64,000 nt of DNA from contig NC_045697.1 of the NCBI RefSeq assembly GCF_009834535.1, positions 57,414,001 to 57,478,000 of the forward strand, in the 5' to 3' direction. This DNA is from Camelus ferus (lineage: Eukaryota). Made by a program: the position numbers and the translations under genes. The notes beneath the pieces were generated by a model. That model made no database searches and was not told where the DNA came from. It saw nothing but the letters and a program-made list of their open reading frames with translations. Within the stretch, counting starts at the first letter, position 1. Each line of letters starts with the position of its first letter. Below, piece after piece: positions 63,598 through 64,000 of the stretch.

Positions 63598-64000
63598 CAC
63601 TTTCTGCTCCAGATGAAAGCCTTCTGTGGCAGGGAAACCTGCAGTGATCATGACCTGATCTACCCTGACAGAATTTCCACACAACTAAGCTAAGGAGAGA
63701 GTATGAGAATACCTCAACATTGCCACAGACTTGCAGTCTTCTCACTCAAAGTTTAATATTTTTTCAAGAAAAGAAGCTTCAAATTTGTTGCATTTCATTG
63801 TTCAAGTCCAGAGTCCTAAAATGGCTGTTATTCACAGTTTTGTCCAGTTCTGTAGTTGCTTTTCAGCATGCGATTTGCTGAACTTCTCAATTCATCATGC
63901 CATGATTTTTGCTTCCCTCATTTCTGTTGAGTTTCCTTTCTTATTTTCTACTTTAAATCTATGTTTTCTTTAGAACACTTTCTGTGATGCCCATTTACAT

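Noticed and set aside
150..63973. Short ORFs in the six-frame track as host protein-coding genes
   Set aside because: All are under 150 aa, many use non-ATG starts, and they are low-complexity or fall within L1/LTR/ERVL relics. None resembles a cellular protein I recognise.

Overview
This is AT-rich, CpG-depleted eutherian genomic DNA, probably a gene desert or a large intron. I found no intact protein-coding gene, rRNA, tRNA or CRISPR array. Much of the window is old interspersed repeat: L1M-class LINEs, L2, MIR, MaLR/ERVL/ERV1 LTRs, MER5/MER94 DNA transposons, and two decayed ERVL internal regions with recognisable RT, protease, integrase and dUTPase remnants. The younger L1 copies have cetartiodactyl-type 5' ends and 3' ends resembling camelid L1s. 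I saw no Alu, B1, Bov-B/Bov-tA, PRE1 or SINEC, so a camelid genome is the likely source (inference). The most notable structure is a ~1.6 kb L1 (12761-14370) that keeps both termini but has its 5'UTR fused to late ORF2 at a junction consistent with RNA splicing. Also notable are a class II-like solo LTR with a perfect 6-bp TSD nested in an old ERVL, two ultra-short L1 tail insertions, a perfect 53-bp tandem duplication across an LTR end, a CpG-retaining enhancer-like block near 32.5-33.3 kb, and a ~62-nt hairpin. Repeat family names come from remembered consensus sequences, not a database search. Repeat boundaries are approximate unless a TSD is quoted.
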